This document shows, piece by piece, positions 38,792 to 49,209 of a DNA stretch of 64,000 nucleotides (position 1 is the stretch's first letter; each line of letters begins with the position of its first letter). The notes under the pieces are model-generated. The model saw only the letters and a program-made list of their open reading frames with translations. It ran no database searches and was not told the DNA's origin. The position numbers were made by a program, and so were the translations under genes. Origin of the DNA: Minisyncoccia bacterium (GTDB taxonomy: Bacteria > Patescibacteriota > Minisyncoccia > Phycocordibacterales > UBA918); assembly GCA_041736805.1 (NCBI GenBank), contig JBGSSW010000008.1, positions 2,897-66,896 of the forward strand, read 5' to 3'.

Positions 38792-39988
38792 TTACTCCTG
38801 CCTTTCGTGTTTTACTCCACAGACTTCACAGTAAGAACATCCACTTACTGTCATGGCGCCGCAAGACTTGCAGTACTGCTTTAGTTTATAGCCGCAGACA
38901 GGGCAATTATTCATCCCGTTGTGTATTTTCATTGAACAATTTGGACAGTGAGCGTTTTTAACTGCTCGCATCATGATAGCCTGCTTGTTGTAGAACTTTT
39001 TTTGAATTAGGTAAATTAGGAAGCCAAAGAAAAGTGGTACCAAGATAAAACCTAGCCAGTAAAGCAAAGCCCAGAGAATTTTTACTTGGGCCAAAAATGT
39101 AAATATCTGTTCAAGGATTTGTCTTGGTAAAATCTCATAAATAAACATCAGCATTATCTGAGCCAGAAGAATCCCGACTGTAGCTACTAGACCACCCCAG
39201 ATGATAGCAAACTCAGAACGTTTTAGTTTAGAAGAGTGATAGCGTCTCCAGACAAAAACAAATAACGGTAAAATTAATACTAGACTAATTAGGAATTGTA
39301 AAAATTTATTTACTATTAATTCATGTTCGTACTCATCTCTGGCTTTATCAATCGCTGATTGGTAGGGAATTAAGTTGTTGGTCAGTTTAGTAATTAATAA
39401 GTCACGGTTGTTTATGGTAGTACTTAGAATTGTTTGAAGTCGACGCAAGTACTCGTCCTGGGTAACAATTCCAGTCTGTAAATTTTCCTGTTGAAATACA
39501 GCTCCTTGAGTTTTGGCTATACTTTCAAGTAGAGACAACTGGTAGTCGGTTGCAATTTGATTTCGATTATACTGTGCCGAATTAACCTCACTTTCAAGTT
39601 GAGAAATATTCTCGTTAGCAGATTTTATTGAAACAAGGTTTACCTCTTCGTTCCTATACGCCTGATCTAAAGATAAGCGAATTTCTCTATCACTAAAAAC
39701 ACAAACTTGGTTTTGGTAGTAATATGAATCATAGCTATAGTCATAGCCATAAGTTTTATTACCTGCGTAGGTGGCCAGGGTTTCCATGCAGGTGGAATTT
39801 CTTTGTGGTTTGTTAATAGAATCTTGAAGTGCTTCCAGAAAGTTATTTCCTTGCCAAACTCCAAAAATAACCATTAAAATTAGAAAAAAGTAACCGAGTT
39901 TGGAAGTCCTCTTAGCATCAATTTCCTCATAGGGAGCAAAGGCTGGATTATTTTGTTCAGCCTTTTTCTTCCAAAAGAATATATCCAT
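38792..39988 (-). CDS. Membrane protein with coiled coil and C-terminal double zinc ribbon
   Basis: Four TM helices; CPNC, CPVC, CKSC, CEVC. Confidence 0.8.
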   Translation of the reverse strand: MDIFFWKKKAEQNNPAFAPYEEIDAKRTSKLGYFFLILMVIFGVWQGNNFLEALQDSINKPQRNSTCMETLATYAGNKTYGYDYSYDSYYYQNQVCVFSDREIRLSLDQAYRNEEVNLVSIKSANENISQLESEVNSAQYNRNQIATDYQLSLLESIAKTQGAVFQQENLQTGIVTQDEYLRRLQTILSTTINNRDLLITKLTNNLIPYQSAIDKARDEYEHELIVNKFLQFLISLVLILPLFVFVWRRYHSSKLKRSEFAIIWGGLVATVGILLAQIMLMFIYEILPRQILEQIFTFLAQVKILWALLYWLGFILVPLFFGFLIYLIQKKFYNKQAIMMRAVKNAHCPNCSMKIHNGMNNCPVCGYKLKQYCKSCGAMTVSGCSYCEVCGVKHERQE

Positions 39989-40120
39989 AAGTAAAGTCTT
40001 AATATTAACTATTCTTTAATTATACAAAAGATAAATTTGTAGAAATAGGATTTATGCAGTTCAATTAGGGCTAAATTTTTTATTAGGGACTTTATTTTTC
40101 TTAGTGTTATACTGGCTATT

Positions 40121-40540
40121 ATGGAAAAAATTATTGCTTATACCGATGGAGGGTCACGAGGCAACCCTGGGCCAGCTGCTGCTGGGGTTTATATTATTAA
40201 TGAAGCTGATACAGTAGTTAGAGAAGTTAAACAAACTCTAGGAAACGCTACCAATAATTTCGCCGAGTATTATGGCGTCATGCTGGCTCTCCAGACCTTA
40301 AAGCAGCTCTACGGCAGTAAGTCTAAGACAATGCAATTTGAACTTCGTCTTGATAGTGAACTGGTGAAGAAACAACTAAATAATGAATATCAAATCAAGG
40401 AACCAGGATTAGTACCGATGTTTATTGAAATTCACAATATGCGGGTGGCCAGCTTTCCTAATTTAATTTTGACTCACGTTCCGCGTGAACAAAATAAAGA
40501 AGCTGACAGACTAGTCAACGAAGCTCTTGACGGAAAGTAA
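40121..40540 (+). CDS. rnhA: Ribonuclease HI family
   Basis: YTDGGSRGNPGPA, TNNFAEY, DSELV, HVPREQNKEAD. Confidence 0.93.
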   Translation: MEKIIAYTDGGSRGNPGPAAAGVYIINEADTVVREVKQTLGNATNNFAEYYGVMLALQTLKQLYGSKSKTMQFELRLDSELVKKQLNNEYQIKEPGLVPMFIEIHNMRVASFPNLILTHVPREQNKEADRLVNEALDGK

Positions 40541-40592
40541 TCTTAAGTGAGAATTTTACAGCTGTTATAATTAATTTATAACCGTTGTTAAG

Positions 40593-42206
40593 ATGTCTAT
40601 TTTTTACTTTTATACGGCCACGATAAGTTTTTTTGCTGGCGTATTTATCGCTACGATATTTTCGCTTACCTTACCAGTAATAACCTGGTTAGTTTTTGTT
40701 GGGTTCATCTCAATAATATTATGGCGAAGATTTGAAGAAAAAAAATGGCTATTTCTGGGTTTGCTACTTATTTTTTTCTCGATTGGCGCCTTACGTCTTG
40801 AGGTAATTAATTGGAACTTCGGTAACTCAGTTTTGGAAGAAGAGGTTGGCAAAACAATCACTCTCAAGGGTTTTGTGGCTTCCGAACCAATTAATCGTGA
40901 AAGTACGACTCAGCTTGAAGTTCAAACAGAAAAAGATTTACTTTTAGTCTCAATAGATAAGTACACTGATATTAATTATGGAGACGAGGTAGAAGTGAGA
41001 GGTAAGTTAGCTAGGCCAGAAAGTTTTGAGACTGACTTGGGTCGGACTTTTAATTATCCTGGATATTTAAAAGCCAAAGGCATTGAGTACAAAGTCTCTT
41101 TTGCGGCCATTGAAGTCTTAGAGCGTGGCTCGGGTAACGCGGTCATTTCCACCTTACTAAACTTCAAACATGCGTTCATGCAAAAAATCGAAGCTAGTAT
41201 TTCTGAACCTGCCGCAGGTTTGGGAGAGGGACTCTTGCTCGGAGTCAAACAGGCTTTAGGTGAAGATCTGGAGGCGGCCTTTAGAAAAACTGGCATTATT
41301 CATATCGTGGTACTTTCAGGTTACAACATCATGCTGGTCGTGATTTTTGTGATGTATATTTTGGGTTATTTTCTTGGTCCCAAACTCAAAATGTTTTTTG
41401 GCATTGTAGCCATTACTAGCTTTGCCCTATTAGTTGGTTTATCGGCGACCGTGGTGCGAGCCAGTATTATGGCAGCTTTGCTATTGGTCACTCAGGTATC
41501 CAAACGTAACTACATTGCTTTGCGGGGCTTAATGCTGGCTGGATTAGGGATGCTGCTAATTAATCCTCTGTTGCTAGTTTACGACGTCGGCTTTCAGCTT
41601 TCTTTCATTGCTACTCTAGGTTTGATTTTAATTTCTCCCCATTTAGAAACTCTGTTCTACAAGATCCCGAACTTTCTAAATACTAGGTCGTTTATTGTCG
41701 CCACCATATCGACACAGTTGGCCGTACTGCCAATTTTGCTATATCAAATTGGAGAGTTTTCACTGGTGGCGGTGATTGTGAATGTTCTAGTGTTACCTAT
41801 GGTTCCAGTAGCAATGTTGCTGACTTTTATAACTGGGCTAACTGGATTTATTTCAGCTGAATTAGCAACATTTTTTGCCCTTCCGACGTATTTATCTTTA
41901 ACCTACATCACTGAAGTAGCTTGGTGGTTTTCGCAGTTATCATTTGCTTCATATATCGTCCCCGCTTTTTCGTTTAGCGTGGTAGTAGTGAGTTATCTTT
42001 TACTCGGAGTAGTGCTGTGGCAGCTATCGCTACGGGAAGCTAGGAATAAATTAGTCAGTGTCAGGGCCACAAAAACAATCAATGATATTTCAGAGTGGGT
42101 TATTGAAGAGGAGTTTGATGATGAGTTAGGTGTTCCGCGAAAAAAGGTTGGGGCAGAATCACGAAGTGATTCTGCCCCAACCGACACCCCAATTTTCTTT
42201 CGTTAA
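40593..42206 (+). CDS. comEC: ComEC/Rec2 competence channel (membrane part)
   Basis: TGIIHIVVLSGYNI, SATVVRASIM, DVGFQLSF. Confidence 0.93.
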   Translation: MSIFYFYTATISFFAGVFIATIFSLTLPVITWLVFVGFISIILWRRFEEKKWLFLGLLLIFFSIGALRLEVINWNFGNSVLEEEVGKTITLKGFVASEPINRESTTQLEVQTEKDLLLVSIDKYTDINYGDEVEVRGKLARPESFETDLGRTFNYPGYLKAKGIEYKVSFAAIEVLERGSGNAVISTLLNFKHAFMQKIEASISEPAAGLGEGLLLGVKQALGEDLEAAFRKTGIIHIVVLSGYNIMLVVIFVMYILGYFLGPKLKMFFGIVAITSFALLVGLSATVVRASIMAALLLVTQVSKRNYIALRGLMLAGLGMLLINPLLLVYDVGFQLSFIATLGLILISPHLETLFYKIPNFLNTRSFIVATISTQLAVLPILLYQIGEFSLVAVIVNVLVLPMVPVAMLLTFITGLTGFISAELATFFALPTYLSLTYITEVAWWFSQLSFASYIVPAFSFSVVVVSYLLLGVVLWQLSLREARNKLVSVRATKTINDISEWVIEEEFDDELGVPRKKVGAESRSDSAPTDTPIFFR

Positions 42207-42781
42207 GCGACGCGCCCGGCTACTACTTCCCAGTTCAAATTCTTGAAAAAGGCTTCCACATAAGCACCCTTTTTGCTAGCGGGGTAGTCGCGCATATATG
42301 AGTGTTCCCACATATCAAGAGCCAGGACGATATCAAGGTCGGCTAATTGTCCGAGCTGTTGCTCATCTACCCAAGTTTCGACTAGTTGATTGGTTTGTCG
42401 ATCGATGTAGAGCATGGCCCAGCCTACACCACGAGTCATGGCGATTTTATGGAAGCGAGTTGACCAATTATCGACACTACCCCACTGAGTAGTCATCATT
42501 TCTTTGAGCTTTCCTTCTGGCAGCGCCTTCGCTCCACCTTCAAATTGCGTGAAATAGTATTCATGATTACGCATCCCACCAAATTCAAACCCAAATCGTC
42601 GTTGCATCTCGGAGATGGCGTAGCTGTTGTTGTCTGGGTCGCTACTGTAGGCGTCGATTTTCTCTCGAATCAAATTAGCGTGCTTAACATAGCCGTTATA
42701 TAGACCAATATGTTCTTCGATTGTCTCTCTGCTAATCCCCTCCAGTTCCGGAACATCAAAAGTTTTGGCAGTGTAGTGCAT
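42203..42781 (-). CDS. sod: Fe/Mn superoxide dismutase
   Basis: NHEYYF, GVGWA, LDMWEHSY. Confidence 0.9.
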   Translation of the reverse strand: MHYTAKTFDVPELEGISRETIEEHIGLYNGYVKHANLIREKIDAYSSDPDNNSYAISEMQRRFGFEFGGMRNHEYYFTQFEGGAKALPEGKLKEMMTTQWGSVDNWSTRFHKIAMTRGVGWAMLYIDRQTNQLVETWVDEQQLGQLADLDIVLALDMWEHSYMRDYPASKKGAYVEAFFKNLNWEVVAGRVA

Positions 42782-42874
42782 AGAAATATTTTTTACTTTT
42801 TAACTGCTATTAGTATAACAGAACTGTTTCAATCTGGTAAAAAGTTATATTTCAAAATATAGTAGAATTAAGAG

Positions 42875-43492
42875 ATGAAAAATAATTCTTGGTTCCCAAA
42901 GGTTTTGCTCGTAGCTTACGGTGTGGTTTTTGCATTTTTAGCTATTAATCCCTTCAGTCGAGAGGTTTGGTTTGCTGAAAATTTGCCCATTGTTTTGATT
43001 GTCCTCTATTTAATATTTTTGCATTGGCGAGGAATTCAGTTTTCTAATACTGCTTATGCCCTGATGTCGGTCTTGATTTTTATGCATACAATTGGTGGAC
43101 ACTACACTTTCGAACGAGTGCCTTTTGATTGGTTTAATAATTTCTTTGGCTTTGAGCGAAACATGTATGACCGAGTAGCTCACTTCACAGTTGGATTTTA
43201 TGCTTACCCATTGGCAGAATATTTAAACGCTCGTAAATTAGCTAATACCAAATGGTTGGTTTATCTAACTCCATTTTTCTTTATCATTTCAGTGGCCGCT
43301 ATTTATGAAATGATTGAGTGGTGGTTTGCGGCTACTTACGGGGGTGAAGCCGGAGCGGCTTTCCTTGGTTCACAAGGTGATATTTGGGATGCCCAGAAAG
43401 ATATGTTGATGGATACGTTGGGTGGAGTAACAGCTTTGTGCTTGTTCTATTTGCAAATCATTTGCAAAAAATTTTATTCGCGAGATAAGTAG
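42875..43492 (+). CDS. DUF2238/YjdF-family inner membrane protein
   Basis: IGGHYTFERVP, RNMYDRVAHF, FLGSQGDIWDAQKDM. Confidence 0.88.
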   Translation: MKNNSWFPKVLLVAYGVVFAFLAINPFSREVWFAENLPIVLIVLYLIFLHWRGIQFSNTAYALMSVLIFMHTIGGHYTFERVPFDWFNNFFGFERNMYDRVAHFTVGFYAYPLAEYLNARKLANTKWLVYLTPFFFIISVAAIYEMIEWWFAATYGGEAGAAFLGSQGDIWDAQKDMLMDTLGGVTALCLFYLQIICKKFYSRDK

Positions 43493-43497
43493 CTACT

Positions 43498-44385
43498 GTG
43501 CAAGAGAAGCAGATACTAATAAGAATTTGTGTTTTAGGTTTCGTCTTGGTCTTAACGGTTTTTAGTGTCGGCTCTGATTCTCTTTTTGATAAACAACTAG
43601 CTTCTCTAGGGCAAGCAAAAGAGTCACCGTATCTTAAGGTAGCTTTTTTGGATGTTGGGCAAGGTGATTCAATATTTATTACTACTCCCGACGGTAAGCA
43701 GATGCTGATTGATGGCGGACCAGATAACGGAGTACTTAGAGAGTTGGCTAAACAAATGTCAGTTTTTGATCGGACTATTGATGTAGTGTTGGCTACCCAT
43801 CCTGACAAAGATCATATCGGTGGTTTGGTTGATGTTTTGCAACGATATGAGGTTGAGAATATTGTGAGAACAAATAATAAAAATGAGACCGCAGTGTCTG
43901 AAGCTTTTGATAGGGAGGTTGAGTTTGAAGGGGTAGAAGTACAGATAGCTGAAGCCGGACAGGTCTTTCAGCTTGGTGCTTCGACCACAATTACCGTTCT
44001 TTCACCACACGGTAATCCCGAGAGTTGGGAAAGTAACAGCTCTTCAATTGTAGTTCAAGTTCAATATGGAGAGGTTGGTTTTATGTTGACTGGTGACGCT
44101 ACGGAAAATATTGAAGAGTATTTAGCCAAATCATACAGCCAGTTACTGGAGAGTGAAGTCTTGAAACTCGGTCATCATGGTTCTCGCACTTCTAGTGCTG
44201 ATTTATTCTTGGATACGGTAAAGCCGGAGTACGCTGTTGTTTCGGCTGGCTCGGATAATTCATACGGGCACCCCCATCCTGAAGTGATTGATAAAGTTAA
44301 TTTAAGAAAAATAAAAACCCTAAGTACAGCAGAGGAGGGAACAATTGTATTTTTGAGTGACGGAAAAAAAGTGAGGAGAGAGTAG
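43498..44385 (+). CDS. ComEC-associated metallo-beta-lactamase-fold protein
   Basis: FLDVGQGDS, THPDKDHIGG, KLGHHGS, NSYGHPH. Confidence 0.9.
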   Translation: MQEKQILIRICVLGFVLVLTVFSVGSDSLFDKQLASLGQAKESPYLKVAFLDVGQGDSIFITTPDGKQMLIDGGPDNGVLRELAKQMSVFDRTIDVVLATHPDKDHIGGLVDVLQRYEVENIVRTNNKNETAVSEAFDREVEFEGVEVQIAEAGQVFQLGASTTITVLSPHGNPESWESNSSSIVVQVQYGEVGFMLTGDATENIEEYLAKSYSQLLESEVLKLGHHGSRTSSADLFLDTVKPEYAVVSAGSDNSYGHPHPEVIDKVNLRKIKTLSTAEEGTIVFLSDGKKVRRE

Positions 44386-44440
44386 AAAACAAAAGAGCCG
44401 GCCCCGCAGGGGCCGGCTCTTTTGTTTTGTGTTCTTGGTA

Positions 44441-44683
44441 TTAGACCAACTTAGCTGCTCGTAGAGTTTTGAAAGCTCCATTCTTGGCGATAGTGCGAAG
44501 TCCTTTGGTTGAAACTTTAACCGTGACAGACTTTCCTAGCTCAGCAACATAGATACGCTTTTTTTGCAGATTTGGAGAACGTTTAGTATTTCCAGACGGG
44601 TTAAATTGAGTCGCTCGAGTACGATTACTATATTTACCTCCCATTTGTGGCTTCTTGCCAGTAATATCACATTTATTTGCCAT
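44441..44683 (-). CDS. rpmB: 50S ribosomal protein L28
   Basis: MANKCDITGK...PNLQKKRI...VSTKGLRT. Confidence 0.92.
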   Translation of the reverse strand: MANKCDITGKKPQMGGKYSNRTRATQFNPSGNTKRSPNLQKKRIYVAELGKSVTVKVSTKGLRTIAKNGAFKTLRAAKLV

Positions 44684-44758
44684 AACGTTATTTTAAGTCC
44701 CGCTATACTAGCACGAGTACTTGATATTGCAAGCTTTCATAAGTAGTATGGAGTTCAT

Positions 44759-45394
44759 ATGGATCCAATGCAAATCGCCATGATTATCGCTTTAGTGCTT
44801 TCTGTCGTATTACACGAGATGGCTCATGGCTACGCTGCTAATTGGCTGGGTGACCCAACTGCTCGTTTGCAAGGTCGTCTGTCAGCCAATCCTTTAGTTC
44901 ACATTGACCCACTGATGTCGGTGATTTTACCAGGCCTACTTATTTTGACCGGCTCACCATTTCTTTTTGGAGCGGCCAAGCCAGTGCCATATAATCCGTA
45001 TAATTTCACTAATCAAAAGTGGGGAGAAGCGATTGTGGCCGCTGCCGGTCCAGCAGCGAATGTCTTCATTGCTTTGGTCTTTGCGGCGTTAATACACTTT
45101 GCTGACTTACTACAATTAACAGAAACTTTTTTGGTTTTAGCTCTGCAAATCATTGTCCTTAATATTTTCTTAGCTTTATTTAATTTAGTCCCGATTCCAC
45201 CACTGGATGGCTCAAAAATATTGCCTAAATTACTCCCTTATTCTTTGGCTTTTAAATATGAAGGTTTTCGGGCCGTTTTGGAAAGAAACATCGCTCTTTC
45301 TTTCGCTATAGTGATTATTGCCTTCATGCTTTTCCTGGGGCCACCACTATACGACCTTACTCGGACCATAACGATGTTTCTAATTGGTGGTTAG
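44759..45394 (+). CDS. Site-2 protease (M50)
   Basis: HEMAH, AAGP, FNLVPIPPLDG. Confidence 0.93.
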   Translation: MDPMQIAMIIALVLSVVLHEMAHGYAANWLGDPTARLQGRLSANPLVHIDPLMSVILPGLLILTGSPFLFGAAKPVPYNPYNFTNQKWGEAIVAAAGPAANVFIALVFAALIHFADLLQLTETFLVLALQIIVLNIFLALFNLVPIPPLDGSKILPKLLPYSLAFKYEGFRAVLERNIALSFAIVIIAFMLFLGPPLYDLTRTITMFLIGG

Positions 45395-45447
45395 CTGAAG
45401 TGAAGTAGTTGCAAAAAAAGCTACATATAGTATTGTAGGCAAGCTTT

Positions 45448-45858
45448 ATGGCAACAATACAACAATTAACAAGAAAGAAGCGAGTCGACCCAGTACGAAA
45501 GAGTAAGACTGGTGCGTTGCATTCTGGATTTAACAAAATCGAGAATCATCCAAACTACTATAACTCTCCGTTCAAACGTGGCGTATGTACTCGAGTGACT
45601 ACCAAAACCCCTCGTAAGCCGAACTCAGCGATTCGAAAGATTGCTCGGGTCCGACTTAGTAATGGGCAAGAAATTACAGCTTACATTCCTGGTATCAAGC
45701 ACAGCTTGCAGGAACACTCTGTAGTACTTGTACGTGGTGGTCGCGTGAAGGACATCGGTGTACAGTACACCATTGTTCGAGGAAAATACGACGCGACTGG
45801 TGTGGCCGAAAGAAGAATGGGTAGATCACGCTACGGCGCGAAGAAACCTAAGGCTTAG
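45448..45858 (+). CDS. rpsL: 30S ribosomal protein S12
   Basis: [34 protein letters not shown]. Confidence 0.98.
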   Translation: MATIQQLTRKKRVDPVRKSKTGALHSGFNKIENHPNYYNSPFKRGVCTRVTTKTPRKPNSAIRKIARVRLSNGQEITAYIPGIKHSLQEHSVVLVRGGRVKDIGVQYTIVRGKYDATGVAERRMGRSRYGAKKPKA

Positions 45859-46144
45859 TTAGCAAATATACCCCACCTGCTTTGTCGCTTTTGTTAAATT
45901 CTTCTGAGGCGTACACAGTGTACGTTGAAGAAAAATTTAACAAAGCTCCTCGCATCTGAGGCATCTTGCTCACTAAGTTTAGAAAAATAGACCACATTAC
46001 CAATAGTTTATATTCGCTACAGATAATATGACGCGATTCAAGGGGAAACTCTTCGGAATCAAATTATGCGAAGAATGAGATTGTTACATACTCCTCATTC
46101 TTAATGTCGTAGCAAGACGTTTAAGAACCAATTAATTAAAAAAT

Positions 46145-46615
46145 ATGCGACGACCAATCAAGAAGCGTCCAGTCGTTAATCCTGACGTGGTATACAAGTC
46201 AGTTGACGTTGAACGCCTCATCAACTACATCATGCTTCGTGGTCAAAAAGAGACCGCTCGCAAGATTGTCTACGCTGCTTTTGAAGAAATCAAAAACGAC
46301 AAAGACGCAGCAGACCCACTAGAAGTATTTAATACCGCTGTTCGAAACGCTGGTCCAATGATGGAAGTTCGCTCTCGCCGAGTCGGTGGAGCCAACTATC
46401 AGGTGCCTCGTGAAGTTCGTCCAGAACGCCGGATGGCTTTGGCCCTACGTTGGATTATCAACGGAGCTCGTGGACAAAAAGGTGTCCCAATGCACAAAGC
46501 TCTAGCTCAAGAACTCAAGCTAGCCGCTAAGGAAGAAGGAAATGCTGTCAAGAAGAAGGAAGATACTCACAAGATGGCAGAAGCGAACCGAGCTTTCGCT
46601 CACTTCGCTTGGTAA
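46145..46615 (+). CDS. rpsG: 30S ribosomal protein S7
   Basis: EVRSRRVGGANYQVP, HKMAEANRAFAHF. Confidence 0.98.
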   Translation: MRRPIKKRPVVNPDVVYKSVDVERLINYIMLRGQKETARKIVYAAFEEIKNDKDAADPLEVFNTAVRNAGPMMEVRSRRVGGANYQVPREVRPERRMALALRWIINGARGQKGVPMHKALAQELKLAAKEEGNAVKKKEDTHKMAEANRAFAHFAW

Positions 46616-47065
46616 AATGAGCAAACGAGCGTAGCGACTATTGCGAATTTTCGCCAGTAATTTTTCATTCCTAGAAAAATTATCGGCGCATTACCACCTG
46701 CTCTCAAATAAAAGTCGCTAGATAATTAAGTTTGTCACACTACGTAAAAAGCCGCTTGTCGTACTCGAGTACGCCTAGCGGCTTTTTCGTTCCACGACTC
46801 GTACTTGACCTATTTTTTAAGGAGCGGAGCGACTATAAAAATGGAAATACTCCTGTGGTGCTGTCCTCGAGAATCTGATCTAAAGTAAACAGTTTTTCAC
46901 CGTACCCATCAGTACAACTCACAGAATTATGCAGACATTTCAATACATGAGCAAAATTGTCAGCCTACTGTAGCTATTTTAGAAATAATCACAACGTACA
47001 AAGGTTGAGCGTGATATAATAAATATTATTTTGGTAAGCAGCCACACATTTTTAATTTATAAAGT

Positions 47066-47335
47066 ATGGAAAAAATAAATGAACAAGAAAATTCAAAGCC
47101 AGAATTAACAAGTGTTGCCTTGGCGGTTGAAGAATTATTTTCTGGACAACCAAATGAAGCAGAAGCAATTATAGGGGAAATTGAAACTCTCAAAGAAATA
47201 CTTTCTCCATTTCACGGCCAAGAAATTGATGGAAAAACATTTAATTATATCGAAGAAATAGCTGGAAAAATTAAATTGTTGGAATTAAAGTTAACCGTTG
47301 TTGATACCCTAAAACGCCATCCATCTTTTAAATAA
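47066..47335 (+). CDS. Small hypothetical protein
   Basis: 89-aa AT-rich ORF with TGATATAAT upstream. Confidence 0.55.
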   Translation: MEKINEQENSKPELTSVALAVEELFSGQPNEAEAIIGEIETLKEILSPFHGQEIDGKTFNYIEEIAGKIKLLELKLTVVDTLKRHPSFK

Positions 47336-47368
47336 AATTTTAATAACCCGTTCTTTTGTTCTTTAAAT

Positions 47369-48424
47369 ATGTCGTCCTTTGATTTTGATTTAGAAATTAA
47401 ACACCATCTCGATGTTGCCCGCTCACTCCAAAAACCGTCCGGAGTTTTTACCGCTTCAGCTCATAATGTCTCGACGGGTTACGACAAAGCTTGGCTGCGG
47501 GATATTTATTTTATGACGCTTGGCTTCTTAGAGAATGGCGAAATTGAAACTGTTCAAAAAGCCGCTAAAGCCTTGCTTTCAGTTTTTGTAAAGCATAAGG
47601 ACAAAATTAACTGGGCGATTGAACACAAGCCACACTATGCTTGGCAGTACATTCACGCCCGTTTCAATCCGGAGACTTTTGAAGAGTATTGGGAAGAATG
47701 GGGCAATAGTCAAAATGATGCAGTGGGGGAGGTTTTAAATATTTTAGTTGAGCTAGAGCTCCGTGGCGCTAGTGTAATTGAAATGGAAGAAGAAAGAGAG
47801 ATGGTGCAAAAGATTGTCGACTATTTGGTGTCACTAGAGTATTGGCAAGACGAAGACAATGGTATTTGGGAAGAAAATATGGAAGTCCACGCTTCTTCAA
47901 TTGGGGCTTGTGTGGCGGCTCTCAAAAAGGCCAAACAACTCCCGTGGCTGAGTGTCTCTGATGATGCGATTCATTTAGGCGAACAAGCCTTGCGTGAACT
48001 TTTACCACGGGAGTCTAAGTCTAAGTTTGCCGACCTAGCTTTGCTTTCACTTATTTATCCTTTTGCAGTGACGACGCAAGAGGAGACCGAACAAATTTTA
48101 CGCAATGTCGAGTATCATCTCACAAAAGATAAGGGAGTGATTCGCTACAAACTTGATCGGTATTACAACCAAAACGTCGATGGTTACAGTGAAGAGGCTG
48201 AGTGGTGTTTTGGTCTGTCCTGGCTAGCGATTATTTATGCAGAGCGAGGTGAAAAAGATAAGGCCTATTATTACTTACGAAAGGCTAAGGCAGCGGTTAC
48301 GCCCGAAGGCTTAGTACCAGAACTATATTATTCTCATACCAGCAAACCAAATGATAATACTCCCCTTGGTTGGTCGGAAAGTATGTATATAGTGGCATTG
48401 AAGAAAGTGAAAGATTTAGGCTAG
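47369..48424 (+). CDS. Glycoside hydrolase family 15 (glucoamylase-like)
   Basis: Y.KAWLRD, QND..G, DNGIWEE, PE.Y...PLGWSES. Confidence 0.85.
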   Translation: MSSFDFDLEIKHHLDVARSLQKPSGVFTASAHNVSTGYDKAWLRDIYFMTLGFLENGEIETVQKAAKALLSVFVKHKDKINWAIEHKPHYAWQYIHARFNPETFEEYWEEWGNSQNDAVGEVLNILVELELRGASVIEMEEEREMVQKIVDYLVSLEYWQDEDNGIWEENMEVHASSIGACVAALKKAKQLPWLSVSDDAIHLGEQALRELLPRESKSKFADLALLSLIYPFAVTTQEETEQILRNVEYHLTKDKGVIRYKLDRYYNQNVDGYSEEAEWCFGLSWLAIIYAERGEKDKAYYYLRKAKAAVTPEGLVPELYYSHTSKPNDNTPLGWSESMYIVALKKVKDLG

Positions 48425-48507
48425 GGCTGCGTATTAATAAGTAGAAGTACAAAAACACGACCCACTTTTGTGGGTCGTGTTTTTGTTTTATGAGTTATAA
48501 TAGGAGA

Positions 48508-49083
48508 ATGATAAAAGCAATTTATGTACTAGTAGCCTTGGCGGTAACCTTAGTTCTTTTTGGTGTGCTGTTAAACAAAAGTAATAACGTAAATAACAGA
48601 GGTGAGGTTGCTTGTACAATGGACGCCATGATGTGTCCGGACGGAAGTTATGTGGGACGCTCAGGAGCTAATTGTGAGTTTGTTTGCCCACCACTTCCAG
48701 AAGTACCAGACGATGTGCAGGCGCAGATAGACGCCAAAGTTGATTTGATAAAACTTACTAGTCCAGTACCAAATGGATTGATAGAAAGTCCAATAGCTAT
48801 TTCCGGTCAAGCTAGAGGGCCTTGGTTTTTTGAAGCTAGTTTTCCTATCTTTTTGACTAATTGGGATGGTTTGATTATTGCTGAAGGATACGCTACCGCA
48901 AAAGGGGATTGGATGACCGAGGAATTTGTTCCTTTTGCAGCCGAATTAGAGTTCGCTGATCCTTATCAAGAAGGAAGTCAGGATTTTATGAAAAAAGGAA
49001 CGTTGATTCTAAAAAAAGATAATCCATCCGGGTTGCCCGAGCACGATGACGCCCTCGAAATCCCAGTTCGCTTTGCACCTTAA
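48508..49083 (+). CDS. Surface protein with a Cys motif and a Gmad2-type Ig-like domain
   Basis: ACTMDAMMCPDGSYVGRSGANCEF; GQARGPWFFEASFP; KDNPSGLPE. Confidence 0.8.
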   Translation: MIKAIYVLVALAVTLVLFGVLLNKSNNVNNRGEVACTMDAMMCPDGSYVGRSGANCEFVCPPLPEVPDDVQAQIDAKVDLIKLTSPVPNGLIESPIAISGQARGPWFFEASFPIFLTNWDGLIIAEGYATAKGDWMTEEFVPFAAELEFADPYQEGSQDFMKKGTLILKKDNPSGLPEHDDALEIPVRFAP

Positions 49084-49140
49084 GAGAATTCTTTGCTACA
49101 ATTATTGGTAAGAGAATTAGTAATTTAAGATAAAATATTT

Positions 49141-49209
49141 ATGGCCAAGGGAGAAGATAGACGAAAAGAAAAAAAGAAGCCAAAAAAAGATAAAGGAGAG
49201 TTGAAGTAG
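49141..49209 (+). CDS. 22-aa basic peptide MAKGEDRRKEKKKPKKDKGELK
   Basis: Own -10-like box (TAAAAT) upstream and palindromic terminator 49214-49248. Confidence 0.5.
   Translation: MAKGEDRRKEKKKPKKDKGELK

Noticed and set aside
40593-44385. Split comEC as a pseudogene
   Set aside because: Both parts have intact motifs; separate membrane and MBL genes are a known arrangement.
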